DNA of 58,887 nucleotides, the filler included, from Platydemus manokwari (lineage: Eukaryota), in the NCBI GenBank assembly GCA_037951405.1. It is 5 parts of 5 records of this genome, joined end to end, with 100 filler letters (N's around TTAATTAATTAA, not from the genome) between each part and the next. Parts side by side here need not be neighbours in the genome. Positions count along the whole stretch, not along the records: positions 20,722 to 37,745 come from JBBMOY011124774.1; positions 37,846 to 47,327 come from JBBMOY011242763.1; 3 more parts are not named here. One strand, given 5' to 3'. A program made the position numbers and the translations under genes. Position 1 is the first letter of the stretch. Every line of letters begins with the position of its first letter. This document shows positions 25,401 to 39,182 of this stretch, one piece after another. The notes beneath the pieces are model-generated. The model saw nothing but the letters and a program-made list of their open reading frames with translations. It had not been told where the DNA came from and did no database searches.

Positions 25401-28400
25401 GTTGCAATGGATGATGCTAATTCTTGATCTATTTGATATATGCATTGTTGCAGAAATTTAATGTTTATATTTTTTCGTTTTTATTTTTAGTTAGAAACAA
25501 GAAAAGTTTTGCAATTATCTTCTGACATAATTGAAAGCCAGTAAAAATTTTGTTATAAAATATTTATTAATGAATTGTTATCGGTTACAGTTCAGTTTGA
25601 TTTCATATATTTATCAAGCTATTTAAAAATTAACTATTTTCTCTTCTAGGTTACATTTATATCTCATTGGTCATCTAAATACAGAGATAGCTATTCGACC
25701 ATTGACATCTGTTAATGAAATTTTGAATTGGATTCAAGAAACATTTTTTTATATTAGATGTCTCAAAAACCCAAGCTATTACGGTATTGAATAGCTTGTG
25801 TAAACATGTTAACATTTAATTAATTATAACATTATTTGCTGAGAGATGTTTAGATTTTTGTAGATATCTAGATATCTGTAGATAAATCTTAATTTACAGT
25901 GGGTCTTGGATTGTGAAATATAAGATTTAAACAAAGAGTCTGATTGGCTAGTGAATATTAGAATTTATGATTTAAAAATCTGAGTTAACAATAAGAATAG
26001 AAATCGTGCTCAATGAAAATAACCAAAATGGGTTCTAATAAATTTATTGTTAAAATAATTTTTAACTGTAAACCTAACTCAAGCTTTAGTTGATACTATA
26101 GTGTATTAAGGCTTATTGAGTGAGTTATGTATCAAATTTAGTTATAATCTAGAGGTATTTTCTCCATTATTGTCTAATTAATTGATTGTGTTATTTATGC
26201 CTCCTAAACTTAGACTGGATTATGAATATTCGTGACTGTTTTTAAACTAGACTGAATTTTACTCACTATTGCATTTATAATATGACTTCTTGTGGCTTCT
26301 ATTAGTAATATCAATTCTGGTGGTTGAATTAATCTTGGTCTTGTTATTCTCTTGCTACTTAAGATACTCAACTGAATTCTAAGATTTTCGAAATTTAACA
26401 AAATTGTCAATTTTTAAACTTTTAATAATTTAGCCATTATTATTTCTATATTAATTGACCATGTCTTATTTAATTTATTAATTTATTGGTATTGTTACTT
26501 TTGAGATTTGAATGTATTCTGTTCTTATGACCTTCTCCGATCTTCAAATTGTACTGACACTGACCACGTCTAATCAGTTCTACAGAGTTCTAATGACCCA
26601 CTGATATTTTTTATTTATAAAATTTCAATGTTTTTATAATTTCTTTAAATCTAAAAGTATAACTGGTTATCAGTTTAAATTAGATCGAATTTTCACAATT
26701 TTTTATCAAGGGCTTTCAGAACAAGTGGGATTGAATGAGATAACAGGTAAATTTAAAAATCTCTAACGAAGCGTCTTGAAAAACATTCTAGAAATGATCA
26801 TCAACCAAATTAATCAACTTTCCCAATGTAATCTCATCAATAATTATTACCAGATCAACAAAATTGAATCAACTGGTATCATCAAGCGATTCAGTTTAAT
26901 ATGATATTATTTATAAATTAAGGATATGGTCAACTGATGACCAGGTACTTTTTAGAATTCCAAACAATGCAAGCTATACAATTTCTTTCTAGTTTTGAAA
27001 CTTTGAATAGCTTGGTAATTTCGTTTATTTAACATATTAAAATTTTATTATTATATAGATTGAGTTTGTATCTAATTGTTCAGAACTTAGTGAGATTAAT
27101 TTGAGATATAATGAACGAGGCCATATGAATAGTTTAAATAAACATAGGGGTCCTTATAAATTAAGGTAATTTTAACTTTATTTTAAAGAAACTTATCCTA
27201 ACACCTTTAATAAAATTGCTTTTACTAGAATTTTTTTTAAGACGAATGGATAAACTTGTAAAGGATAGACAAATCAGTCATTAACTGTAATAATTGTTGA
27301 GTAAATTTGTAGATTTTAACATTTTCATATTCGTTTACTTAGAGAACATAACCTTCTATAATATTCGTTATTGCACTGTTTCAGAAATGTGTAATTTTAT
27401 AGTAATTTATTAATATGTATGATTACTGTATCAGCAGAATACCAAAGGTTTTTTATTAATTAATTGATTGAACTTTATTTTCTTAAAATTAATCTATCTA
27501 TTTTGTATCGTATTTGAGAATAAAATGCCCGACTGTAAATGTGAAAATTACAAGAGTATTTACAAGGAAAGGTTCAGTAGAAAAATATTCATTTTTAAAA
27601 AAAAATTATTTAATGACGTTATTTTAAGCAATCTTTAGAAAACAATGACGTAGAAAATTTTTAGTGGTTATATGGAATTTAAAAATGTTATTCTTAAATC
27701 TGTATTTCAAAAATCTGTTTGATTTTGTTTGATAAAAATTTGATTTCTTTCTTTTATAATTTTCTGGATTGAATATCATTTTGACGAGCACATTAATCAT
27801 TAGAATATGTATATTAATTAATAATTTCCACAAAAATTACTTTTTCTGATAAAACCAATTTCAAAATTGTAAAAATTTAACGATGAATTAAAATTAAAAA
27901 GATGTAAAATACCAATTTGATTTATGTCCTGTAACCTTTCGATTCGTTTTCAATGTGTGGTTTATAAAATAGTAGCGATTTACAAAAGCAATCATTATCT
28001 AGACATTATTATTATTATTTTTCACCAATATACTTCATATATTCAACAACCAGATTTTTTCTGTAAAAAATATTTGTTGTGAATTTCTCATTGATCTTCG
28101 ATCAGCGTATCTCTAATCTTAAAATTATTTAAATCTTTTTGTTTCATAACCATTTGAGAGTTATTTATAATTTTTTGTGATTAATTTACGGCTTATAACT
28201 TAATTTGATGAAACTTATACTTCAAATTCCGCTAGGGCCGCAGAAACCTAAGTTGTTTGTATTAAATAAATTTGAGTATATGATATAACAATTAGTCGAA
28301 TAAATAAAATTTATTTATACTATGGCAATATTTATTACAAATGTGTGAAGTGATGAGTTTTTTGAGAGACACTGTTGTCTTGAAAATGTAAAACAACTAG

Positions 28401-31400
28401 TGTTAGAAACTACTACCACGCAGCTCTGGATGAAAAAGAAAGTGAGGAGAATGTTAAAATGACGTAAAATATTCCTTTGATCCTGTTAGTTAGTGATTAA
28501 CAATTAAAAAAACAAGTTATCAATTAATTTTTGTGCTGTTTTCGTATTTCCATCATCCGCACTGTGATTGGTTGATTTTTTCGGTGATTTATTGTTTTTA
28601 CTGTTATTAATTTCCTGGTATAGGTTACCGCAGTGATGTGTGAATCGCTATGGTGATATATATGTTACTACGGTGACTTAATTGATTACATTATTAATAT
28701 AGATTATAATTATTTTGGTTATTAATGTTTACTATTCATTCTATAAGTATAGATTGGTTATTTAAATTACATATACTTATAATTTATAATTATCTAAGTA
28801 ACATTTTCTGTTAACATGTGTTAATAAAAATTTTTGCTTATTTAACTTTAAGCTAAACAATTTAAATAACATACTATACAGTAAGATATAATTGTAAGCT
28901 ATTAAGTTATGAACTCGAATAGTCTTTCTGATAGTATATTATAATTAAATCAAGGAACTCAATTAATTATGTAGATATGTCCTTATCGTCATTTATTGTT
29001 TTCTTTCGAACTGGAAATATACAATGTGTTACTATGTACCCTTAAATTATACTGTGTCCCCTTATATTCTATGTTTCCTTGCAATATATAGTTTCGCATC
29101 AATTAGAAATAAAATTATGGAAAAAATATCAGACTACTGAAATTACCAATTGTGAAGAATCATAATATTATATCAATCTAGATTTCCTATCAAAGGACGG
29201 ATTGTAAATTCATCAATGAAGATTAATTGTTTAATCCAAGCCGTTCTAAGTTGTCAAGAAATAAATGATCTCTCTCTTAGACAAGATGCTGACAAAGTAT
29301 TTCGTATTGGATTGAGAATCTTGAGATGTATGATTTCTTAATATTTACATATTTATATCAATGTATCAGGTATTCATGATTATTGGTTTCAATATTCTGA
29401 GTGTTCAAATACTTATAATACTATTTTAAATAGCACTTTAATGAAAAAATGTTTTTCATCGAAAATTTGGAATAATTCCTGGTTAGTATCTCGCCAATTT
29501 CCAGATATCGATTCAAATGATGCATTCCAACTCACAAACGCTGGATTTCACACTCTTAATAAATTGGCTAATGCCAAACCGCATGTAATTGAATCTGTAG
29601 GTTACTTGTTTTCATAAATATATTTTAAATACAGAATTGTTTTAAAAATAAGTTTCGATACGATAAAATCTTGAATTTTAAATTTAAGGGGATACATATA
29701 TGGATTTTTAAGGGCATGAATTAGTATATATATATAAGTATTATTCCACTCATTAATTTTTATAATTAAATGGTTTAAATGTAATTGTTCACTCTATTAA
29801 GTTTGGAACTAATCAAACTCAACTTGATCCCACCAATAAACATAGTTTGGACCTATTAGGTTAGAAGCATGAATTCGTCTATCCAAATATTTTTCCGTGA
29901 GTTGAAGATCTTGTTGTAGTAAAGCCATGACATCGATCATCACAGAAGCTTTATCATGGATCTCTTGAAGCAAAGAAAAGGGATAACTTTTGAGACACAA
30001 GTTAATTTTGAGAATATGGTGAACAGAATATTTTGAAATACTAAGATTCTTAGATACATTTTGAGTCACTCGTTGTATTCACAATATTAGAATCTGCACT
30101 AACTTTATTGTTATAATTTTCATTACAATGTTTGTAGTATGCTTTTTCTCAACAATTCCAGTAGATCCAAGTCTCAATTAAATCATGAATTGACTTGCGA
30201 TCGATTGAAATACTATAAAACTTTTCGAAAATATTGGAACACTTCAAGACGGTTTCCTGTTTTATGAAATTCTTTACAATAAGAATACGCTTTTTAATCA
30301 CTCGACGTCATTGCAATATTGAAATTGAATATATGCACATTAATCAAACAATCATTAATCAAAAAAGCGTAAACTTTAAATTAAGTAGACATTATTGTGT
30401 TATACCGAATCCTATTTTTAAATATTGAATATATTCATGTATATTTTACTTAAGGAGTTCACTGTGGAACAAGTTATATATCGACAATAATATATGAGAT
30501 ATTTCTATATCTTAATTAGAACTTTACTCTAGATTTTGTGTAAACAAGCTCCATTTGGTCAAAATTTGATTGATTTGGCTTGCGGTTTTCCGAAGTATGA
30601 ATTAGTGGTTGAACAAGTTTGAACACTAGAATAATAATAATTTTTCACAATTTGTATTAGATCGGTGATATTGAATACGTACGTTGTTCTCTAGAGATAT
30701 CTGTTAAAAGAACTCGACAAAAATTAAATGCATATTTAAATGAGTGATCAAAAATTTGCTGGTGATGCTATGATCATTCTCATCGGAGATGAATGCAACA
30801 AAGTACTTCTGAAATCCCGAATCATGTAAATAACATTATTCGTTGAATTATTATATCTTATTTGAATTTCGTTCTCTATGAAAAAGTTCTTTAATTGTTT
30901 TGAATTTAGTCATAAAAAGTTAATCTTTAATATTATTTGATTAAATATTTTGATATATTAAATATAATTTTTCCATAAAATATTTATCCTATTCAATAAC
31001 GCTATCATCGGTTGTATGAATATCTAAGCTTTTATAACAAATTTAAAACATTTTATTTTCAATACCACCATAAAGGAAAAGCGTATAATAAAACAAATTA
31101 AATTAACTCCCCTTTTCTCATTTAGGAATAATCAAGTAAATAATGGTGCCACTTGGAAAGTACAGGTTGACGTTACGAAAGCCTCTAAGGAAGGTTATTT
31201 GAATATCGATTTGATCAGTGAATCATATGGTGATTTCAAAATTTTAATTATTTAAATTATTAGTTTTATTCTCAGTGGGATTTGATATCCAAACCAGATT
31301 CCAACCAACTTATTTACATCGTACCGATATAACAAATTTTCATCAGTCAACAACACTCACTCCTCACTTCGGTTTAGAAAATAGAAAGGAAAGATTAGAA

Positions 31401-32883
31401 AAATCTGAAGATAAAAATGGTAATTATCCGCTTATCAATACAATTGACACAAGCACTTTTTCTAAAAACTATTTATTTTTGTACATGATATTTTTGTTTA
31501 TTACATAGTTAATATTTGTGTGAGTTATTAACATTACGAGACATATGTTAATAGTAAGAATCAAAATTCAATAATGACTTAATTTACATCAACTTACAAT
31601 GTTAAATATAAAATTATACCTTTCTAGCTTCTCTGTTTAAACTGTTCATTTGAATAATACACTATTTAGGAATAAAATATCTCAAAATTTGTCGCAAATT
31701 GATTAGGAAGGAAGTATTTTGAATAAGAAACAAGACAAACTATTATTTACTCAATATCTAATTTTTATGCTCTTGAAATCAACATGATTTCAATTAGTTA
31801 AGTTTTATTACATGTGATTCGTGTTATTTTTCAGTTAGATCACGATCCCCAATATCTAAGAGAAAAGATAGTCAAAAAAGCACACCTTCCATAGTTAAAC
31901 CACATGTGTTTTCCTGGAAGACTTGGGTTGCCAATAAAGAAAAGCAGAAAACTATAACATATTCTTTACCTAGCTCAGATAAGAACAAATGCTGCGAAAA
32001 TATTCTAGTAAATTCTGCTCCTCATTTGCAAGATCAAAACAGTTCATATAATGCATCTCATCCAGCTCGAACATTTAATAATGAAAATCTTAATGATTCT
32101 ATTGTTTGTGATTCGTTTTTTACTGACAGTGCGGATGAAGAATTGAGTCAAATGGATCTTACCTCAATTGAAATAAATAAAGAGTTTACTGATAGCATTA
32201 AGAAAATCGAATCAATTGAACATGTCGTCAAACCTAAAATTTATCTGGAAAAAAACCATGCAAATGAAATACACCAAGAAAATTCAATGTCTTATTCACC
32301 TTTAAACTTTGAGTCTATTTCAAACACATCAATAACATTACCGTGTAACGAAAATTCCCAAATTGTTATTGATGGATCAATTATTTCCGATTCATTGCTT
32401 AATGACAGCGCTGATGAAGAATTGAGTCATATGGATCTAACATTATTTGAAATTGACACAGTTAATACAGGAGCTCACAATAAAATCGAGGAAATCGATT
32501 CCATCAAACATGATATACTGTCTGCAACTTATCTCAATACAGAAAAGGTGAATGAAGAATATCAATTAAAATCCGACTCGTATTCTGCATTGAACTCGAG
32601 ACACATAACCAATACTATCAAGACCCAAAGTGATGATCAAATGTCTCAAATTGCCCCAACTATTTCCTCAAGAAATAATATTAATATTCCACTCTTAATA
32701 CAGCCTCATGCTGATCTCTGCAGTACAGGCTGGCATGATTTGTTTGATTTCATTACTCGACGTTTCCTCATCAAGCATTCTAAAGGTTGGTTTATTGTAT
32801 TCAATTTTTTCAACTCAATTTTTATTTATTCATTAAATGTAAAAAGGTATAAGGATTCAAAAGTAACCAATTATCAAAAATAA
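22417..32883 (+). CDS. HFM1: HFM1/MER3 meiotic Ski2-like DExH DNA helicase with Sec63 domain; about 25 exons
   Basis: Spliced motifs include APTGSGKT (22627-22759), APLKSLC, ELTGD, TTPEK, LDEIH, RGATLE, LSAT, RPVKL, GYHHAG, TSTLAMGVNLPAHLVIIKG, QMIGRAGRP, IESQLH...HLNTEI and TFFYIRCLKNPSYYG. The Sec63 region (FPIKGRI...KINCLIQA, PFGQNL, LISESYVGFDI) then joins in frame to ORF 31906-32883. The 3' end is uncertain (possible donor at 32786) and there is one frameshift near 30740. Confidence 0.92.
22436..22514 (+). other. U12-type (minor spliceosome) AT-AC intron, HFM1 intron 1
   Basis: The 5' site is ATATCCTTTT, a branch-like TTTTCATAAC lies at 22492-22501, and the terminal AC is at 22513-22514. 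Removal joins MNFSEL in frame to MIKYPSVFPYQ. No AG acceptor exists between the upstream in-frame stop and exon 2. Confidence 0.85.
29632..30430 (-). mobile_element. Internally deleted Tc1/mariner-superfamily (DD37D-like) element in an HFM1 intron
   Basis: Imperfect inverted ends (ttttaaaaataagtttcgata versus the reverse complement atttaaaaataggattcggta) flank an HTH segment VSKNLSISKYSVHHILKINLCLKSYPFSLLQEI. Confidence 0.7.
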
Positions 32884-35838
32884 TGTATATGATTTAAAAT
32901 ATATTAGATTAATAGGAATTCAAGCTTAAAATACAAAAGTTTTGTTAAATTATTACATGCTTTAAGGATGTGATAAATATATTCAATTTCGTCATATGAA
33001 AAAATGTTAGGCTAAGTATTAAATATGTTATGGAATTATGTGTTATCTTAGTGGTCGTAGAAGATAGCAAGTATTGAGAACTATACTACTAGAAATGTTA
33101 TATANNNNNNNNNNGAACTTATTTTCATACACTGCTTTCAATTAAAATTGAATATGACGTGGATAAGTTATAAATGTAATTCGATTAATGAGACACTCGT
33201 AGTGATGTCTTTAAATATCAGAATAAATACAAAATTAATAAATAACTATAAAGTAAAATACAAATGCTATAGAAATTTTATTTTGGAAAACGAAGATATT
33301 CAAAAGCAAAATAGAATAAAAACAATAATATTTCCAATATCCGATGCGTCACAAGTGAGTTATCGGTAGTCCTATGTGGCGTGGAATTCAATGAGTTTAA
33401 TATAAATCCAATCAACAATCGTTTAAAGTTAATTGAAATTTTATGAAAGTTAAAGTAAAATAATTTAACCGAATCGTTAATAATCAGTAAAATCCTTCCC
33501 TCCACACAATTTTTTAATCTCAAAAATGTAATTATCAAATATAGTTCCAAATAATATTCGCAGCTTCTCTGTTAAACTAATATGTTAGTAGATTTAATTA
33601 ATCGATTCGACGTTTAATACTAATTGAAAAGTTACCCTTAATCAAGTAAAAGTCTTGTTATCGTCTTTCGTGTATAAACCGTATTGTCACTTTCATATTT
33701 ATATCACTTTATCCGTGGGCGCCTCCGATATCTATATCTTTATTCTCACTATAAATTTTCACATAAAATGTTTGATTTTTGTCATTTTAATTATTATTTT
33801 CAATTTCTTTATTATTAGTATTTTATTATTTTATTTTTATTACCATTATTTTACTTCTTCCCTTCCAATTTTTTATTATTATTTTCTTGTTATTATTTAT
33901 TATTTTTTCATATTTAACATTTTCTTATGAAGGCCATCTTTATTCACCCGAGTCTCCATAGATAAAAATAAGAATAATGGATCGCATAAAGATAAAGATA
34001 ATAAGGTGTTTGTAACCAAATTGTCAATTGTAAAACAAAATCAATTGGATTAATTAATGAGGTTATTAGAGCAATCAGTTGTTCAGTGGTAGAAAATGAA
34101 TGAAAGTAAATGATAAAAGACAAAATGGTAGAGATCGTTTGTAGTTGGTTATTGAACTAACATAAGGACCTATATTGCAACTTCATTTAATAAATTATGT
34201 TTCTATCAAAGTTTTGTTACCGAAATACATTCTGTGTTAAAAATTGTAAGAAACATGAAATGTATAAATTATAGCTATTTTTGTTTTCATGCAATATCTC
34301 TATGCTGCGATCAATGTCAACTATTGTCAATTATAAAAGATAAAATTCAATTTTAAAACGAAATTAGAAAAATTACATTATCAAGAATTCTTTCTATTGA
34401 TGTACCATCAGTTTACAAGAAATAAGTGAAAAATAAATTTGTTATATTTGCTCAATTTTAACTTTAAAATTTGTTAATTACAACAGAATACATTATTTTA
34501 ATGTCGACATTTGAAATATTCAGTACATTAAGCACTTCCTAACCATCATTCCATTTTGAATAATCCAGCAAAGATGATATTAATTTGTTATAAATTAATT
34601 ACAATAATTCATTAAAAAATGAATTCATTATTTTAAGAATTCAACATAAATAATTTTACAAAAATTTTTTTACTAATTTTAAATTCAAATTTACATTAAT
34701 TTTAATCCGAATTCTATTGAGAGCTTTTACTAAATGAGATAATTTTCAATTCGAAATGATTATGCATATAACTTATTTATAATCAAAATCGCTTCCAGGT
34801 AAAAAAAACTAAACTACCGGAAAGAACTATAAAAACCAATAGTGGCGTTAATAGATTTATGAGGTTGTATGTTTCATAATAAGTTTCTCAATTACAGTGA
34901 TGGGTCAAAAATAATAATTTGTAAATTAGGACTTATTATTACTATTTGCTATAGCTAAATTAATGATTGAACATTACCAAACAAGAAAACAAGCCTTGAG
35001 TATTTTTCTTTATTATTTCGAATTTGCTATCAATAAGCTTTCACACAATTTTTTTCTTATTATAACCTAGAATTTGCATTTGCTTGGAATGAATTCGATA
35101 ATTCAGAATTTTTTTTTTACTATTTGAATATTTTTTACTATTTTTTTTTACTATATTGCAAAAAATTTTTAAGTTAAAGCATCTAAATCAATTTATAAAT
35201 TCATCATTTAAAAATTATAAAATTAGATCAATAGAAATATTACAAATAAATCACAATTTTGATGATCTTAATTTAACCTTAGTGAGTCTCTTCTTTGCCG
35301 ATGCTTTTTGAAAACGTAACTTAAGCCACGTTAATCACTACACAAGGTATCTAAAGAATGGCAGAAATAGATATTAATGCAGTTGTTTTTTATGCACTAG
35401 TTTATTTTTCATATTTATATTATAATTGTTTGTTAAAATCATAAACCCAAATCTTGAAGCATAAAAGTAATTTGGATTCTTAGAATTACCATAACCGTTT
35501 GCACTGCATTATATCGTCAAGTAGCAAACCTTAATTTCGATGAACTGAATTTTTTAAATTTTTAGGTCATATTTAAACTAATATTTAAACAAGTTAAAAT
35601 GGTATTTAATGAATTTTAATTTTACGGTAAACTCATCAAATTCAGGATTTATGGTAACTTATTTTAAATATTTTTCTAATATATACAAATTACATATTAT
35701 ACTTTCATATAAAAATTTAACTTATACGAATACGTTAAATCAAATAATACCATTTATATTCAGCAAATACCGAAACAAATGAAGAATGAAATGGAAGAAA
35801 GCATCATCGAATTTTCATTAAATATATTGTTTTATCGT

Positions 35839-37012
35839 TTACATCAATATTTGAAGACGGAAGTGTTGTTGGAAATTACTGTAACGACTGTTTCTTAACT
35901 GAATGTAACGAGCTTCCAATGTTTTGTATTTCTTTTCTTGTGGTGTCATTGTTACTGGTTTAGCCAATTGGCCATATTTACCACATTTTACAAGACTCAT
36001 CTTAGCTTTATCAACTCCACTTGTTATAGCCAACCGATTTGTGTTGGATAATCCATTAAGATTTTGTTTAAAATAAACTTTCATGTTTCTATTTCCAATA
36101 CGTTTCCCATTTGGTAAAACAGCTTCAACCTGCATATCATTACCCTGAAAATATTATATTTAGTCAACGATTATTATCATTTTATAAGCATTTCAATTTA
36201 TACAAACTAATTTTATTATACACCCAGCAAAATAATTAACATTAAATTTACAATTGAATCACCAAGATTGGATACGGGCCTCGGCAAATCACTATAAAAA
36301 TCAGCTAGATCATCCCCATTACTTTCTAAATGAAAGTATAGTTGCATATGATTTAAGTCAAGCATGTGGTTCCTGACGCTATGGCGGTCATCGAATTGCT
36401 TATTACATTGAAAGCAAACATTATATTCATCCACTAAGGATGTTAAATATTCCATAAGTCCATCTAAATTGGAAATGTAATCTGGATATGGTAAATTAAA
36501 TTTATGTTTCTTCTTCATATGATCTAAATTTTTCTCTACTGTGTCAGAAGAAACATTACAATAAAAGCAATCAACAATACTAAGTGGTTTCACAACTTTC
36601 TCATCCTCCTCACTTTCGCTTTCCTCAATATATTCAACAATCATTCCTTCTTCTATTTCACTTTCGTTGATACTTTCACTCTCTGCTTTTAAATTTACAT
36701 CTTTCGATGACTTTTCCAGATGTTTTTTAGACTTCAAATGATTTTCGTACGTGTTAGAAGATTTAAAAACTTTATTACAGCAATGGTAATCTTTCTATAT
36801 AAAAAAGTAGACATCGTTTAAATATTAAAAATTCTAACCGGTGGAATTATTTGGTTAATCGAAATCAATTCATTTTGCTTAGCTTTGAAATCTTCATAAG
36901 TTATTGACTTTAAACCTACAGTTTCACGTCTTAAATTGTATATATGCCATTCAGATTTCACATGTTGTTTAAGATCAGGACATTCAAATTTACATACTAA
37001 GCACTTGTACAT
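35839..37012 (-). CDS. ZNF622: ZNF622/Rei1/Reh1-family C2H2 zinc-finger 60S maturation factor; 3 exons (37012-36839, 36794-36252, 36144-35839)
   Basis: Motifs include CLVC...HVKSEWHIYNLRR, NKVFKSSNTYENHLKSKKH, CFYC...NLDHMKKKHKFNLP, CFQC...VRNHMLDLNH, LPNGKRIGNRNMKVYFKQ and the C-terminal NFQQHFRLQILM. Confidence 0.93.
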
Positions 37013-39182
37013 CGTTTAATTTCTATAAGTATTATACAAACAAATTTAATAATAATACTTATTTAAGCTTAATATTAACATTTAATTGGAATTTTAGGGT
37101 TATGTGAAGAGATATTTTGATTTAATCTTTATATTTTTAAATTTTGCTTATGAGTTAATTTTGTAATTTAATTTTATGTATATTGTCTCAAAATTTCAAA
37201 TAATCCTTTATTTTTATATGCAAATTTAATTTTATATCATAATTGTATGAGTTAATTTTTCTTCATTGCTAGGAGTAAATGTCTCAGTATTGTGGATTCA
37301 TGAAGCACATTGAATAGTAAACAGTATTATGTTGACAACAGTTTTAAGATATCCAATAAACTTAAAAATTGTTTACTAATACACACCAAGATTTAATTTA
37401 TTTTCATCCAGTAAATATTCTTTGTAGGATAGTCACAAATCGATTTTGAATTGAAAATGAGTATCAATCGTAATAACAATAAATTTTATATCATAATGCA
37501 CTCAAAAATATTTGTGTTCAATTCTATGAAATTTTGTTTATCAATTTGAGAGAATAGTTTTAATCAAGTTTTAATCCCATCATTTCTTTTATTTTCAGCA
37601 TTGTTATCTATATAAATCTTTGATTCTGTAAATTTATATTTTTTGAATTATAGTAGACATGTTTTTATAAAATAATTTAATAAAACCCATTAATTATTAT
37701 CAAAACCCGATATTAATATTAACAAATTAAACCCATTAAATTTATNNNNNNNNNNNNNNNNNNNNNNNNNNNNNNNNNNNNNNNNNNNNTTAATTAATTA
37801 ANNNNNNNNNNNNNNNNNNNNNNNNNNNNNNNNNNNNNNNNNNNNTTAAGTTACAATCACATTATTATTATTTTCATAAATATTATTAAATTTATTATCA
37901 TTGAACAATTTAAATGTTGTTGAACATTTTCTCAAAGTGGTATTTAAGTTTTTTCTTAACTTTTTTCTTAACTAAAATTAACCAAAAATTAATGAGAGCC
38001 CACGAACTGGTTAGTGAAATAAGTATCATTATTTAGTAATGAGTTATTAATCACCAACAATATCAACATTCTCATATTCATTTAACAATTATCACATCAT
38101 ACTGACACACTGCATTAAAAACAACATTTAAATTATTAACATTGTTTTTGAAATACTTTGAGAAATTTATCAAATTCTTTTTTAATAAATCTTCGACATA
38201 CAAATGTTTTTGTATTTATTGAAAGATGTTTACCATTAAAAGCAACTCTAAAAATGTAGGAGAAGAATTTTTAAAAAATTATAAATGTCCAAATTAATTC
38301 GACAGAAAACAAAAAAAATTTCACAGGTTTAAATTTAAAAGGAGACCAAAATTTACTCAATGATAAATTTGTGATGTAATAATTATGTTATGTAATTGAT
38401 GAATATAAGCTTTTTCAAATAACTTATTTATTGTTTATGCTATGAGCTTATTAATAAAAGCTTTTAAAAAATTTTCAAACAAATATTTATTATTCATCTT
38501 AAAAAAAATCTTTGATATCATATTTCGGGTCTTCATATTAAAACGTCTTAGAAACCATAAATAACACGCTATAGTAATAGATGGTCCGTACAGTCTTATT
38601 GTAATATTATAGTTGGTCTTTAAAAATTCAAGAATTATTCAGCAACGCCTTCTGTTAAACATAAACCAAACTTCAGTTAACATGATGAATGTGATGTAAA
38701 CTAAACAGAGCATTAAATTAAGTAAAATATAAGTCCAATAATTAATTATTTGATCCTTTCCTTATTTATAAGATGTTAATAAGAATTTAAAAATTCAGCA
38801 TTCCCTAAATTTTCAACTTAATCCTTACAAACTCGACATTAAAATATTATCTATTTTATAATTTGAACATTAAACATGTTTTTTTATTTGATAAAACTGA
38901 TCAAATTAAAAGAAACCAAATAAATATTAAGATTAAATGAAAATATAAATACACATATTTTCATTACTAACAAGTAGATTCAAGTAATATTAATTCAATC
39001 GATGCTTTGTTTGTTTAAATAAATTATTATCACACAACAAGCAACACAAAGATTTAAAAAATTATAAATTTGCTATTTAGATAACTTTTGCGAATTTTAA
39101 TAGTTCTGTATAAAAACAGTTCAAGAAGAATAATCACTATAATTATTATTTATTGTCAACTCAATATCATCAAGATCAGGAT

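Noticed and set aside
33655-33930. Hydrophobic F/I/Y-rich ORFs (also 1749, 4387, 10518 and 16444)
   Set aside because: They are low-complexity AT-rich artefacts with no motif or splice support.
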